Shown: in pieces, positions 11,038-22,205 of the stretch
Position numbering within the stretch: the stretch's first letter is position 1
Layout: every line of letters begins with the position of its first letter
Assembly (NCBI RefSeq): GCF_001194135.2
Contig: NC_068991.1
Span: 53,858,694-53,905,011 of the forward strand
From: Octopus bimaculoides
Lineage: Eukaryota
Length of the DNA: 46,318 bases
Direction: 5' to 3'
Notes under the pieces: generated by a model
What the model was told of the DNA's origin: nothing
The model's database searches: none
What the model saw: only the letters and a program-made list of their open reading frames with translations
Made by a program: the position numbers and the translations under genes

Positions 11038-12964
11038 TGAACACACCGCTTAGTATTAGCATGTGAGTTGTACACTTGAAGTAACCAAACATTATTTGGA
11101 ACAACACGACGAGTATCAACAACGTCTCCAACTTCAGCGTGTGCAGAAGCAGAATGACCTACTTGTTTGGGAGACTATTTTGTGTAAGAGAATAATTTCC
11201 AAGTAATATTTGTGAACGATACACTCTGGGAAATTTCCTAGAAAAACTGATCATCCATTAAAGAGTTCGGAACTAGCAAATCCAGATTATCTACAAGCAT
11301 TGCCATTTTACAGTGTGCTGAGCAGACATATGAGACGTGCTCAACAGGGACTATGGTATTTTATTTGTGTCTTCACTAAACTGTAAAGATATGATGTTTG
11401 GAGATTATTCGGATTTGGCAGTTTAGAACAACAACAACAACAACAAAAGTTTATCTGACTCCTAAGCATTAGTAAATATGTATATGTGTGTGTACATGCA
11501 TATGGTCATTTGTGTGTGCATGCGTGTGCTCGCATGTGTATCTGTATGTATTATATATATATACATACCTATGCATATACATGCATACATATATACATAT
11601 ATGCATATCTATAGATATGCACATACAAACATTTTTGTAAGTTTATAATTATATACGTATATGTATATATATATATAGGTATGTATGCATGTATGTATGT
11701 ATCTATGTATGTGTGTGTGCGTGTGTGTATANNNNNNNNNNNNNNNNNNNNNNNNNNNNNNNNNNNNNNNNNNNNNNNNNNNNNNNNNNNNNNNNNNNNN
11801 NNNNNNNNNNNNNNNNNNNNNNNNNNNNNNNNNNNNNNNNNNNNNNNNNNNNNNNNNNNNNNNNNNNNNNNNNNNNNNNNNNNNNNNNNNNNNNNNNNNN
11901 NNNNNNNNNNNNNNNNNNNNNNNNNNNNNNNNNNNNNNNNNNNNNNNNNNNNNNNNNNNNNNNNNNNNNNNNNNNNNNNNNNNNNNNNNNNNNNNNNNNN
12001 NNNNNNNNNNNNNNNNNNNNNNNNNNNNNNNNNNNNNNNNNNNNNNNNNNNNNNNNNNNNNNNNNNNNNNNNNNNNNNNNNNNNNNNNNNNNNNNNNNNN
12101 NNNNNNNNNNNNNNNNNNNNNNNNNNNNNNNNNNNNNNNNNNNNNNNNNNNNNNNNNNNNNNNNNNNNNNNNNNNNNNNNNNNNNNNNNNNNNNNNNNNN
12201 NNNNNNNNNNNNNNNNNNNNNNNNNNNNNNNNNNNNNNNNNNNNNNNNNNNNNNNNNNNNNNNTATATATATAAATACATATACGTATATACTTATAAAC
12301 TTACAAAAATGTGTGTATGTGCATATCTATATGTATATATGTATGTATATATGTATATATATATATAGGTATGTATGCATGTATGTATGTATCTATGTAT
12401 GTGTGTGTGCGTGTGTGTATATATATATATGTATATATAAAGAGAGAGAGAGCGAGAGAGAGAGAGAGAGAAACTAAATGAGTGAGAGAGTACAGGAAAG
12501 AGTAAAATAAAAGAGCGATATGTGTAAATACACTCGGGGATAGATATACAGATAAATATTTCAATAAACTGATAGATAATGTTTTGCTGAGAGAATGCTG
12601 GCGTCTGGCGTTAATGAAAGCTATCAAGTATATAGCTACAGTAACGATACTTTGCTAACAGATGGACAGACTCAGCGCGCATTATAATACAGATTATATA
12701 TATATGCATTATACACACAGCCAAATACATACAGTACACACACACGCGCGCACATCAATAGATAGCTATATACACTTGTGTATTTGTGTCCGTGTGTGAG
12801 CGGAGAAGGGTGACAGCGATGCATCGTTCCAAAATCTATGCAACATGCTTATGCCCATAACCAATTAGATATACATTCGTTTATGCGTTAAATGGTTTGG
12901 TATACAATCAGCGGATCACGTGGTTTCTTCTGACCTACTCTGTTTCTTTTTTGTTTAAAACCAG

Positions 12965-13033
12965 AACACTGAAATTTTGCATGAAGTTCCCTTACCTGTC
13001 GAACCAGTTTCAAAAGTGAATGTGGAGAAACAA
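12965..13033 (+). other. Candidate 69-nt exon (NTEILHEVPLPVEPVSKVNVEKQ in frame 0)
   Basis: CTGAC branch-like site, polypyrimidine tract and CAG acceptor; open frame; weak donor GTATTT (alternative GTATGC at 13050). Confidence 0.25.
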
Positions 13034-13254
13034 GTATTTCTTTGTGTTCGTATGCACAGCACACGACTGCACATGTATTTACATATTGTGTACAATCCCA
13101 CTGCGTAGCACATTGGGCAAGAACCTCGTCTCTAGGCACGAGCTGACCAATAAGCTGTGAGTGAATTTGGTACAAGGAAAGTGAGTAGAAATCCATTGTA
13201 CACACGCCGCACGCACGCACGCACGCGCGGCGCGTGCGCACACACACACATTTT

Positions 13255-13470
13255 CATTCTTTTCTTTTATTCTTTTATTTGTTTCAGTCATTTGACTGCG
13301 GCCATGATGGAAGGTTTTAGTCGAATAAATCGACCCCAAGACTTGTTAGTTTTAAGCCTAATACTTATTCCATAAGTCACTTATTCTGAACCGCTAATTG
13401 ACGGGTGTGTAAACACAACAACATCGGTTGTTAAGCGGTGTTGGAGAGACAAACGCAAACACACACACAC
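13255..13470 (-). mobile_element. SINE family A 3' half
   Basis: Reverse complement of the CATGGCCGCAGTCAAATGACTGAAAC tail. Confidence 0.8.
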
Positions 13471-13482
13471 ACACACATTTAT

Positions 13483-13644
13483 AGGTGCAAGCATGACTGT
13501 GTGGTAAGAAGCTTGCTTCTCAACCGCATGGTTCCGGGTTCAGTCTTACTGTGTGGCACCTTGGACGAGTGTCTTCTACTATAACCTCGGGCTAACCAAA
13601 GCCTTATGAGGGGATTTGGTTCTCGGAAACTGAAAAAAGGTATC

Positions 13645-13678
<34 letters not shown>

Positions 13679-13700
13679 NNNNNNNNNNTATATATATATA

Positions 13701-13733
<33 letters not shown>

Positions 13734-13930
13734 ATGTGTGTGTGTGTGTGTGTGTGTGTATGTATACATATATATATATTTGTGTGTGTCTGTCTGTGTG
13801 TGCCTGTGCTTGTCCCCCACCAACGTGTCTCAACTGATGTTGGTGTGTTTATGTCGCCGTAACTTAGCGGTTCAGCAAAAGCACCGATAGAATAAGTACT
13901 TAAGCTTACACCGAATAAGTCCTGGGGTCT
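13483..13930 (+). mobile_element. SINE family A with expanded internal microsatellite
   Basis: Head, core and 3' modules as in other copies. Confidence 0.85.
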
Positions 13931-14050
13931 TATAGATATAAATAAACTTACTTGGAAATGGATGCGTGGTGTTCAATCATATAATAATATAAATAATATA
14001 TATATATACATATATCCATACATATATGTACATACTTACATATATATATG

Positions 14051-14290
14051 TTAGAAAAAATAATAAGGTACTCAGATATTTGGATGGTTGTACATTTACA
14101 GATTTTTATTAATATGTGACATGCTTTATAAATATTAGCGCTTGCACCTATTCTTGTAGGGTCTTCAAATATTTGAAAACCCTACAAGTGTAGGTGCAGC
14201 GCTAATATTTATAAAACATGTGACATATTAATAAAAAATCTGTAAATGTACAACCATCCAAATATCTGAGTACCTTATTATTTTTTCTAA
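14051..14290. repeat. 240-bp near-perfect palindrome with degenerate hammerhead-like folds at its centre (probable PLE terminal-repeat foldback)
   Basis: Arms 14051-14170 and 14171-14290 are reverse complements centred on CAAATATTTG. Confidence 0.9.
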
Positions 14291-15469
14291 TATATAATTC
14301 CTGTACATCACCTCCAAACCTTCCAAGATATATATATATATATATATATATANNNNNNNNNNNNNNNNNNNNNNNNNNNNNNNNNNNNNNNNNNNNNNNN
14401 NNNNNNNNNNNNNNNNNNNNNNNNNNNNNNNNNNNNNNNNNNNNNNNNNNNNNNNNNNNNNNNNNNNNNNNNNNNNNNNNNNNNNNNNNNNNNNNNNNNN
14501 NNNNNNNNNNNNNNNNNNNNNNNNNNNNNNNNNNNNNNNNNNNNNNNNNNNNNNNNNNNNNNNNNNNNNNNNNNNNNNNNNNNNNNNNNNNNNNNNNNNN
14601 NNNNNNNNNNNNNNNNNNNNNNNNNNNNNNNNNNNNNNNNNNNNNNNNNNNNNNNNNNNNNNNNNNNNNNNNNNNNNNNNNNNNNNNNNNNNNNNNNNNN
14701 NNNNNNNNNNNNNNNNNNNNNNNNNNNNNNNNNNNNNNNNNNNNNNNNNNNNNNNNNNNNNNNNNNNNNNNNNNNNNNNNNNNNNNNNNNNNNNNNNNNN
14801 NNNNNNNNNNNNNNNNNNNNNNNNNNNNNNNNNNNNNNNNNNNNNNNNNNNNNNNNNNNNNNNNNNNNNNNNNNNNNNNNNNNNNNNNNNNNNNNNNNNN
14901 NNNNNNNNNNNNNNNNNNNNNNNNNNNNNNNNNNNNNNNNNNNNNNNNNNNNNNNNNNNNNNNNNNNNNNNNNNNNNNNNNNNNNNNNNNNNNNNNNNNN
15001 NNNNNNNNNNNNNNNNGTATATATATGAAATAAATGTATATATATATGTATATATGTATATACATATATATATGTGTGTGTGTGTGTGTGTGTATGAATG
15101 TATTATGCGTGTGTAAGAAGTGACAACCCTCATTTTAAATTACTTTATGTCTAAATATCCGAATTGTAAGCTTAAGCAGCAGAGAATTTAATGGAGTCCT
15201 ATAAATGTTTTAAAATTCTAATATATTATTATAAAACTGTTTTACTCGTACCAATATCTATAGAGTTGAATACACCTCTTAGCTTAAAAACAAATTTAAT
15301 TTACCATTATCGGTGTAGAGTATTTTGGTTAATGTTAGAAGAAACTTCCAAAAAGTATTTCTCGAAGCAAAGATTCTGTTAGACAAAAAAGAACAAATTC
15401 CCCATTTTGTCAATAAAAATTCTTCTTTGAAATCTCTATCAGGAATTAACTTGAAGAATTTTTAACCGA

Positions 15470-15790
15470 ATGAATCGACCCCAGTATTTAGTTTTGTTTT
15501 AAGTCTGGTATTTTCCTATCGGTCTCTTTTGCCGAACCATTAAGTTACGCAGAGGTAAACACACCGACACCGGTTGTCAAACAGCGGTGGCGGGACAAAC
15601 ACAGATACAAAGATTCATACATAAGGACACACGACAGGTTTCTTTGAGTTTCCGTCTACGGAATCCACTCACAAAGCTTTGGTCAGCCCGAGGCTATAGT
15701 AGAAGATACTTGCCCAAGGTAACATGCAGTGAGACCGAACCCGGAACCATGTAGTTGGGAAACAAACTTCTTACCACACAGCCATATCTT
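15470..15790 (-). mobile_element. SINE family A
   Basis: Reverse complement of family A. Confidence 0.85.
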
Positions 15791-15902
15791 GTAGTCAACA
15801 ATTTTACAAGATTTCAGTTCTATATTTGAGAGATGAGGAATTATGTACATTATTTACATTATTTACATTTGACGGATATTTGTCCTCATCTTGTTTGTTG
15901 TT

Positions 15903-15948
15903 AACACAACGTTTCGGCTGATGTACTCCCCAACCTTCATCAGGTGTC
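15903..15948 (-). ncRNA. Minimal type I hammerhead ribozyme with intact core
   Basis: GACAC-CTGATGA-A-GGTTG GGGAGTACAT CAGCC-GAAAC-GTT-GTGTT: 5-bp helix I (one G-U), 5-bp helix II (one G-U), palindromic ACGT helix III, GUU cleavage triplet. Confidence 0.8.
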
Positions 15949-16001
15949 CCGGGGGAATTTCGAGCTTGGGTTCTCATTCCTAAGGTATTTTTCCGATGTT
16001 G

Positions 16002-16041
<40 letters not shown>

Positions 16042-16056
16042 CATTATTATTATTCA

Positions 16057-16123
16057 GGTCACTGCTTGGAATCGAACTCGGAATCTTGGGGTTAGTAGCC
16101 CGCGTTCTTAACCACCACGCCAC
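16057..16123 (-). promoter_or_regulatory. tRNA-like Pol III internal promoter inside the PLE terminal repeat, followed by (AAT)n
   Basis: A-box TGGCGTGGTGG, anticodon-like CTACTAA loop, B-box GAGTTCGATTCC; stems imperfect, so not a functional tRNA; mirrored at 16545-16610. Confidence 0.65.
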
Positions 16124-16605
16124 ATTATGGAGTGAATTTTAGGGCTTATAAATCTAATGTTCTCCTATCCTTCCTTAATACCGGTTCCCATATACTACTC
16201 ATATCTGCACTCGGTCTGCTTAGGAGGTTGTGTCCTAGCATATGTGCTGCTTCTTTTAGTTTTCGTATTTTCCAGTGGTGTTCTTTGTCTATTATTTTAA
16301 CTTCATCCCGCAGGGGGAAGGTGGTCTCCGTTTTTTTCTCTCCCTGTGGGATGAAGTTAAAATAATAGACAGAGAACACCACTGGAAAATATGAAAACTA
16401 AAAGAGGCAGCACATATGCTAGGACACAACAATCTCCTAAGCAGACTGAGTGCAGATATGATTAGCATACGGGAATAGGTATTAAGGAAGGATAGGAAAA
16501 TATTGGATTTTTAAGCCCTAAAATTCATTCCATAATTGCCCACAGCATATGATGGTTAAGAACGCGGACTACTAACCCCAAGATTCCGAGTTCGATTCCA
16601 GGCAG

Positions 16606-16649
16606 TGACCTGATGAAGCTGGGGAGTACATCAGCCGAAACGTTCTGTT
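16606..16649 (+). ncRNA. Second hammerhead copy, damaged
   Basis: CTGATGA-A-GCTG..CAGCC-GAAACGTT; one G missing in helix II and helix I disrupted by the adjacent deletion. Confidence 0.55.
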
Positions 16650-16718
16650 AACAACAAACACGATGAGGACAAATATCCGTCAAATATAAATAATGTTTAC
16701 ATAAGTAAGCTGTCAGCA

Positions 16719-16925
16719 GGGCGGCGAGCTGGCACAGTCGTTAACACGCCAGTATTTCGTCAGCCTTTACGTTCTGAGTTCAAATTCCACTGAGGTCGAC
16801 TTTGTCTTTCATCCTTTCCGGGTCGATAAATTAAATACCAGTTGCATACTAGGGTCGATCTAATCAACCCCCCCCACCACCACCACCACAAAAAAATTCG
16901 GGCCTTGTGCCTAGAGTAGAAAAGA
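16719..16925 (+). mobile_element. SINE family D with target-site duplication
   Basis: ATAAGTAAGCTGTYAG at 16701-16716 and 16926-16941. Confidence 0.9.
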
Positions 16926-17351
16926 ATAAGTAAGCTGTTAGTCACAGTTGTAATGTGTTAGAAGTATCAACCGATCATCATGGTCTTTTTCCTTATAGTC
17001 ATTGGACTCTGACCATACTGTAGCACTCTATTTTAGGATATAATCGATTGAATCGATCTCACTGCTTGTTTATTTAGGTTCGAGATTTAAACTAGGAACG
17101 TGCACGTGCCAAATCTAATTGCGCGTGATATTTTTTTCTGACGCTTGGTTAATGGATTCTTTCCGGACAACTCTGTGTGTGTGTGTGTGTATGTGTGTGT
17201 GTGTGTGTGTGTCTATACATACATACTACATACATACATACACACATACACACACACACGCGCACACACACGCACACACACGCACACACACACACACACA
17301 CACATACACACACACATATATATATATATATTTAGATATATAGATAGATAA

Positions 17352-17440
17352 TGTAGCGGTTAGAGTGTTGCACTCACGATCACGAAATCGTGATTTCGAT
17401 TCCCAGGCTGGGTGGCGCGTTGTTCTTGAACAAAACAACA
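17352..17440 (+). mobile_element. SINE family C head fragment
   Basis: GGTTAGAGTGTTGCACTCACGATC..TTCGATTCCC..TTGTTCTTGAACAA. Confidence 0.7.
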
Positions 17441-17699
17441 CGTTCCTAACACACACACATACACACACGTGTGTGTGTGTGTGTGTGTAATGTGTGTATG
17501 TATATATGTGTGCGTGTGTGTGTACACACACATACAAACATACGCACACACATCTATATGAGTATTTATAAGAGAGGGGAGAGGACATGTCTGTGTTTTT
17601 CTTTTGCGTAAGATCTCTGACCATTGGTCACTGGCCGAAACTATTGACCTCTCCAAATCTAATTAGTTAATGGACAATATAAAATTCCTTAGTATTTTC

Positions 17700-18050
17700 C
17701 TTTTCTTTTTCATTTTTTTCTTTTCTTTGTCATGTCCATCAAAAATTTCAAAAGCTAAACTGGCTCCAGTTCTTCTGGTTCTAGATTTGAAACGTGTCGA
17801 TACATTTTCATAAGACTCTATGTGTTTCTCTCCAATATATTGATATTTTGACTTCTCCACTTTCATCTCCACAATTAAAATGTGTTCAAAATGGCTTCGT
17901 ATGTAAATTTATTCCTTATTGTCATATTCTTTTTTAGACGCCTACATGTTGTTTCATCACGCAACTAATTTCTCGACATTAACCCTCCAACATTTTTACA
18001 CAGATCTTTCTGGAATCAAACGTATCTGCTACTTGTTAAGGACGAGGCTA
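17700..18050 (-). mobile_element. Possible highly decayed RTE-like RT fragment
   Basis: VEKSKYQYIGE resembles the VExFxYLG motif; weak. Confidence 0.3.
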
Positions 18051-18283
18051 AAATGTTTTTGCAGTGAAAGTTATTGATTCTTAGCTAGGATCAGTTTTGA
18101 TCGAGAAGTTGGTAGTTGGAATGCCATATCAATGGTCAATCAAGCTAAGACCACTCTATGATATCTTTTTGTAGAAAACGTGTACCCGAAATACATTGAC
18201 CAGCATATTGTTTGAAAGAGATTTGGCTGGTATTTTTAGCAGATTGGGATAACCACATAGATATTCCTGTGGGTTCGTTTTGT

Positions 18284-18325
<42 letters not shown>

Positions 18326-18469
18326 ATCTAATAGAATAAACGCAAAAACTAATTTCTGTGTCAGTGTGTCACTTCCTCGTGCTGGGTTGAGAGTAATAGT
18401 AGGCATAGAGACGGTAAGGGCGGTGGCGAAGACAGAGAAAGAGAGGGGGAGAGAGAGAAAGAGAGAGAG

Positions 18470-18503
<34 letters not shown>

Positions 18504-19657
18504 GAAGAAAGGAAGAAAGAAAGAAAAAGAGAAGGAGAGAAAGAGAGACAACGAAATTTAGGGAGAGTTGATGTTTTATTAAAGCAGTAATGTTGACAGT
18601 GGTAATGCGAGTAATAATGAGAGAGAGGGAGGGAGAGAGNNNNNNNNNNNNNNNNNNNNNNNNNNNNNNNNNNNNNNNNNNNNNNNNNNNNNNNNNNNNN
18701 NNNNNNNNNNNNNNNNNNNNNNNNNNNNNNNNNNNNNNNNNNNNNNNNNNNNNNNNNNNNNNNNNNNNNNNNNNNNNNNNNNNNNNNNNNNNNNNNNNNN
18801 NNNNNNNNNNNNNNNNNNNNNNNNNNNNNNNNNNNNNNNNNNNNNNNNNNNNNNNNNNNNNNNNNNNNNNNNNNNNNNNNNNNNNNNNNNNNNNNNNNNN
18901 NNNNNNNNNNNNNNNNNNNNNNNNNNNNNGGTGTTGGGTGCATGTCTTCTTTCACTGTTTGTGACTGTTCTAATTCAACTGTGGAATGTCCCTCGCTATG
19001 GTTATTTTCCAGGAGGTTCTGACCACACGTCTTACGGTTCATCAACCCGCGTTGTTGAATTACTTTCTTCTGGCATACCTTCCCTTGGTGGATTAGGATC
19101 CAGTTAGCTCAAGACATCATCGGGAGGAACCACGTCCGGTTTCGGCCCCTACTCCTCTACCGTTTTGACGTGGCGGGGTCCCTCCTTTCGGAGGTGTCTT
19201 CAGCTCTGGTGTTGGGTGCATGTCTTCTTTCTTCTATTCCCTGGCCTCTTTTTGTTTTATTTTTTGCTTTCTTTAATACATACATACATACATACATACA
19301 TACATACATACATAAATACATACATACATAAATACATACATACATACATATGTGTAACTATCTATTTGCGAAAAACGAAATTACTTTCTTGCCGACTCAA
19401 ATATGTTAAAATAGTATAATTTTAATTTTAAATTCTTTTAAGGAAACTCATTGAACAGTTACTGATGGTAGAATGAAGGTAGGATGAAGTTTATTGAGAT
19501 AAACAGGTTGATTGGGACTTGAAATGTCGCCTATCGGTTTCCTGAACAAGTGAAGCAATCTTTTCCTTCTAGTGTGTAGGCTAGCAAGCCGAAACGTTGC
19601 AGTCACTATCACCACTTTTGGAAAAGTATAATAAACGTGTAGTCGACAAAAAGTTTT

Positions 19658-20130
19658 GAGGCGTAGCTGTGTGGTAAGATACTTGCTTTCCAACCACGTG
19701 GTTCCGGGCTCAGCTCCACTGCACGACACCTTGGGCAAGTGTCATCTACTGTAGCCTCAGGTCGACCAAAGCCTTGTGAATGGATCTGGTAGGCGGAAAC
19801 TGAAAGAAGCCCGTCGTATACATACATACATATGTGTGTGTGTGTGTGTGTGTGTTTGTGTTTCTCCCCCCCCCNNNNNNNNNNNNNNNNNNNNNNNNNN
19901 NNNNNNNNNNNNNNNNNNNNNNNNNNCCCCCCCAATTACCGCTTGACAACAGATGTTAGTGTGTTTACGTCCCTGTAACTTGGCGGTTCGGCGAAAGAAC
20001 AGTAGAATAAGTACTAGGCTTAAGAAATAAGTCCTAGGTTTTATTTGATTGACTAAGCAAAAAGAAACCCTTCAAGGCGGTGCTCCAGCATGGCCGCAGT
20101 CAAATGACTGAAACAAATAAAAGAATAGAA
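19658..20130 (+). mobile_element. SINE family A
   Basis: All modules present, internal gap. Confidence 0.88.
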
Positions 20131-20499
20131 AAAATGCAACTCGAATCGTTAGCACGCCGAACAAAATGCTTTTCTATTTTCACCCCCGAAATTGCTGGCC
20201 TTGTGCTAAAATTTGAAACAACCATAACTGACAGAAAGACAAGCATTAATGTATGTATGTATGTATGCATGCATGTATGTATGTGTGAGTGTGTGTGTGA
20301 ATGTATGTGTATGTATGTATGTATGTATGGATTTAGCGAACTGCATGTATTTCATTTCATAACGCTATCGCAATCTGCAGCAGTTTTCAGTTTAGATGTT
20401 CGTTTGAAATTGCCTACAAAAACACAGAAAACCCTATTGAAAAGGCGGAGAAAGTCGCAAAACAAAAGACATCAAATGACTTCCATTGGTTTCAAAGTT

Positions 20500-21500
20500 A
20501 TTGAACCTCGATTCCCATTGATATTTTCTCTGTGTGCAAACATGTGTAGCTGAGAGAGTAATAGGGTAATTACAAATTTTGGCGTATTTTGGGGAGATTT
20601 ATAGTATTAAATATGGAGAAACTCTTCTATTCTATTGTTGTTTTATTAGTAAAGATAATGGGGAATGTAGAGAACTTTGAAAATATCTTGTTTTATGTGG
20701 TTTGGTATATTGATCTTTCTCAGACATTTGTACAGGAAATGTGTGCGTGTAAAGAATATGAAATTGAAGCCAATAATATAATTAGAAAGACTCTTCTCAG
20801 ACAGATTATTTCCTCGGTTTTATAGAACATTTATTTATATTGATGTATTCATAAATATTTTTCTCAAGATCACATCTTTTGTATCAGAATCAGTCATAAA
20901 ATGCACGAGTTCGCATTCATCAAATATTGAATATATCTCCCCAAAGAAAGCCATCAAAAGTCGCTTGCAGTGAAATTCGACAAATTTCTTCCAAGTTACT
21001 AAATGACTTCTAAACTTCACAATGCCCAGGATGGACTTAACATGGGTCACATAACAGAGGTTAATTAACAAGCTTCATAAAATAAAATAAAATTAAACAT
21101 TTCCTCTGAAAATCACTTTTAACATCAGGAAACCACACTAATATCAGAACATAGATGGAGAGATGGACCGAGTTGGACATGAAACTGTATTCCAGGAAAT
21201 TATGTGCCAAATGTCGCTTTTCATATTGAAAGTCTCTCCGTATTGCAAAAACTAAGCATTGCGGTCACTTTGGAAAACAAAGACAAAAATATTAGCAGGC
21301 TTTCCTGACCTACAAGACCTAAAGGACCATGAACTGTAGAAATTAAAAATTCATCTCCTTCTTTTGAACTTGGTTGGGAAGGAGTTTATTCGAATAACTT
21401 TTATCTTAAGTAGAGACTTTGTAGACCATGGTTTATCCAATGAGACTTGATTTAATGTATCCAGGACCTCCAGGCAGTGATGTTGGACCGGAAGGTGCGG
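20500..21500 (-). mobile_element. Possible very old CR1/L2-like RT relic
   Basis: Scattered weak motif resemblance (HFMTDSDTK ~ FADDTK; SPSMF*Y*CGF ~ SPxQYGF). Confidence 0.25.
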
Positions 21501-22024
21501 TGGGGGGACTTTGTTTCTGTAGCCCAATTTGGAAACGCATCTTTCTAAAACGCATCTTTCTAAAACGCATCCTCAGATCTTTATATTAGAACGTTAGTGT
21601 TTCATTAAGCTGTTATGGTGCATTTTCTCAAGTCTTTTTCACCAACAGAGCTGTTAAACAAAATTACGTTGTTCTTTCGTCAACCGTCTTTGTTATCATC
21701 AACTATTATCTAACATCGCCTTTATAAATTCATGGAAGAGATCCTACCGTACGTTAGGTAGAAAGTTTCGTCCAGTTACTCATTGCTTCATTAAGAGATA
21801 ACTCTATGAAACCCTCCTTAGACAAATTGTTTTTGTTGATTACGCTTTCTTAATCTCTTACAATGGTGACAAACTACAACCTCTGATCATTATTTGGCTT
21901 GTAATTGCCTGAAAAACAGTTTGGACTAAAATCCAGTGTAGATTAATATTATGGACTAGAACTTTTACAAATTGCTCTAAATCTACCTTAAATTATCACC
22001 AGAAATTGTTGTCTCAATATAAAA

Positions 22025-22205
22025 GGCGGCGAGCTGACAGATTTGTTAGTGCGTCGGACAAAATGCTCGGGGGTATTTTTTCCTGTTTTATATTCTGAGT
22101 TCAAATGTCGCCGAGGTTGATAAAATCAGTGCCAATCAATCGCTGGTGTTGGTGTTGGTGTTGTCGACTATCCCAACGCCTCCTAAAATTGCTGACCTTG
22201 GACCA
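22025..22205 (+). mobile_element. SINE family D, internally deleted
   Basis: GGCGGCGAGCTG head and TCTGAGTTCAAAT B-box. Confidence 0.8.

Larger units (their letters stand above)
15815..16704. mobile_element. Fold-back (inverted) Penelope-like element: GIY-YIG C-terminus plus terminal repeat in both orientations
   Basis: Arms about 15815-16318 and 16338-16704 are reverse complements; they encode DEVKIIDKEHHWKIRKLKEAAHMLGHN..LSRPS..IWEPVLRK, similar to a PLE endonuclease C-terminus; each arm carries a tRNA-like segment and a hammerhead motif. Confidence 0.85.

Noticed and set aside
16057-16123. tRNA-Ser(ACT)-like gene
   Set aside because: Acceptor, anticodon and T stems do not pair properly; treated as a tRNA-derived promoter segment, not a tRNA gene.
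19569-19600. GGCT-AGCA-AGCC-GAAACGTT resembling a hammerhead 3' half
   Set aside because: The CUGANGA core is absent and helix I does not form; at best a dead PLE remnant.
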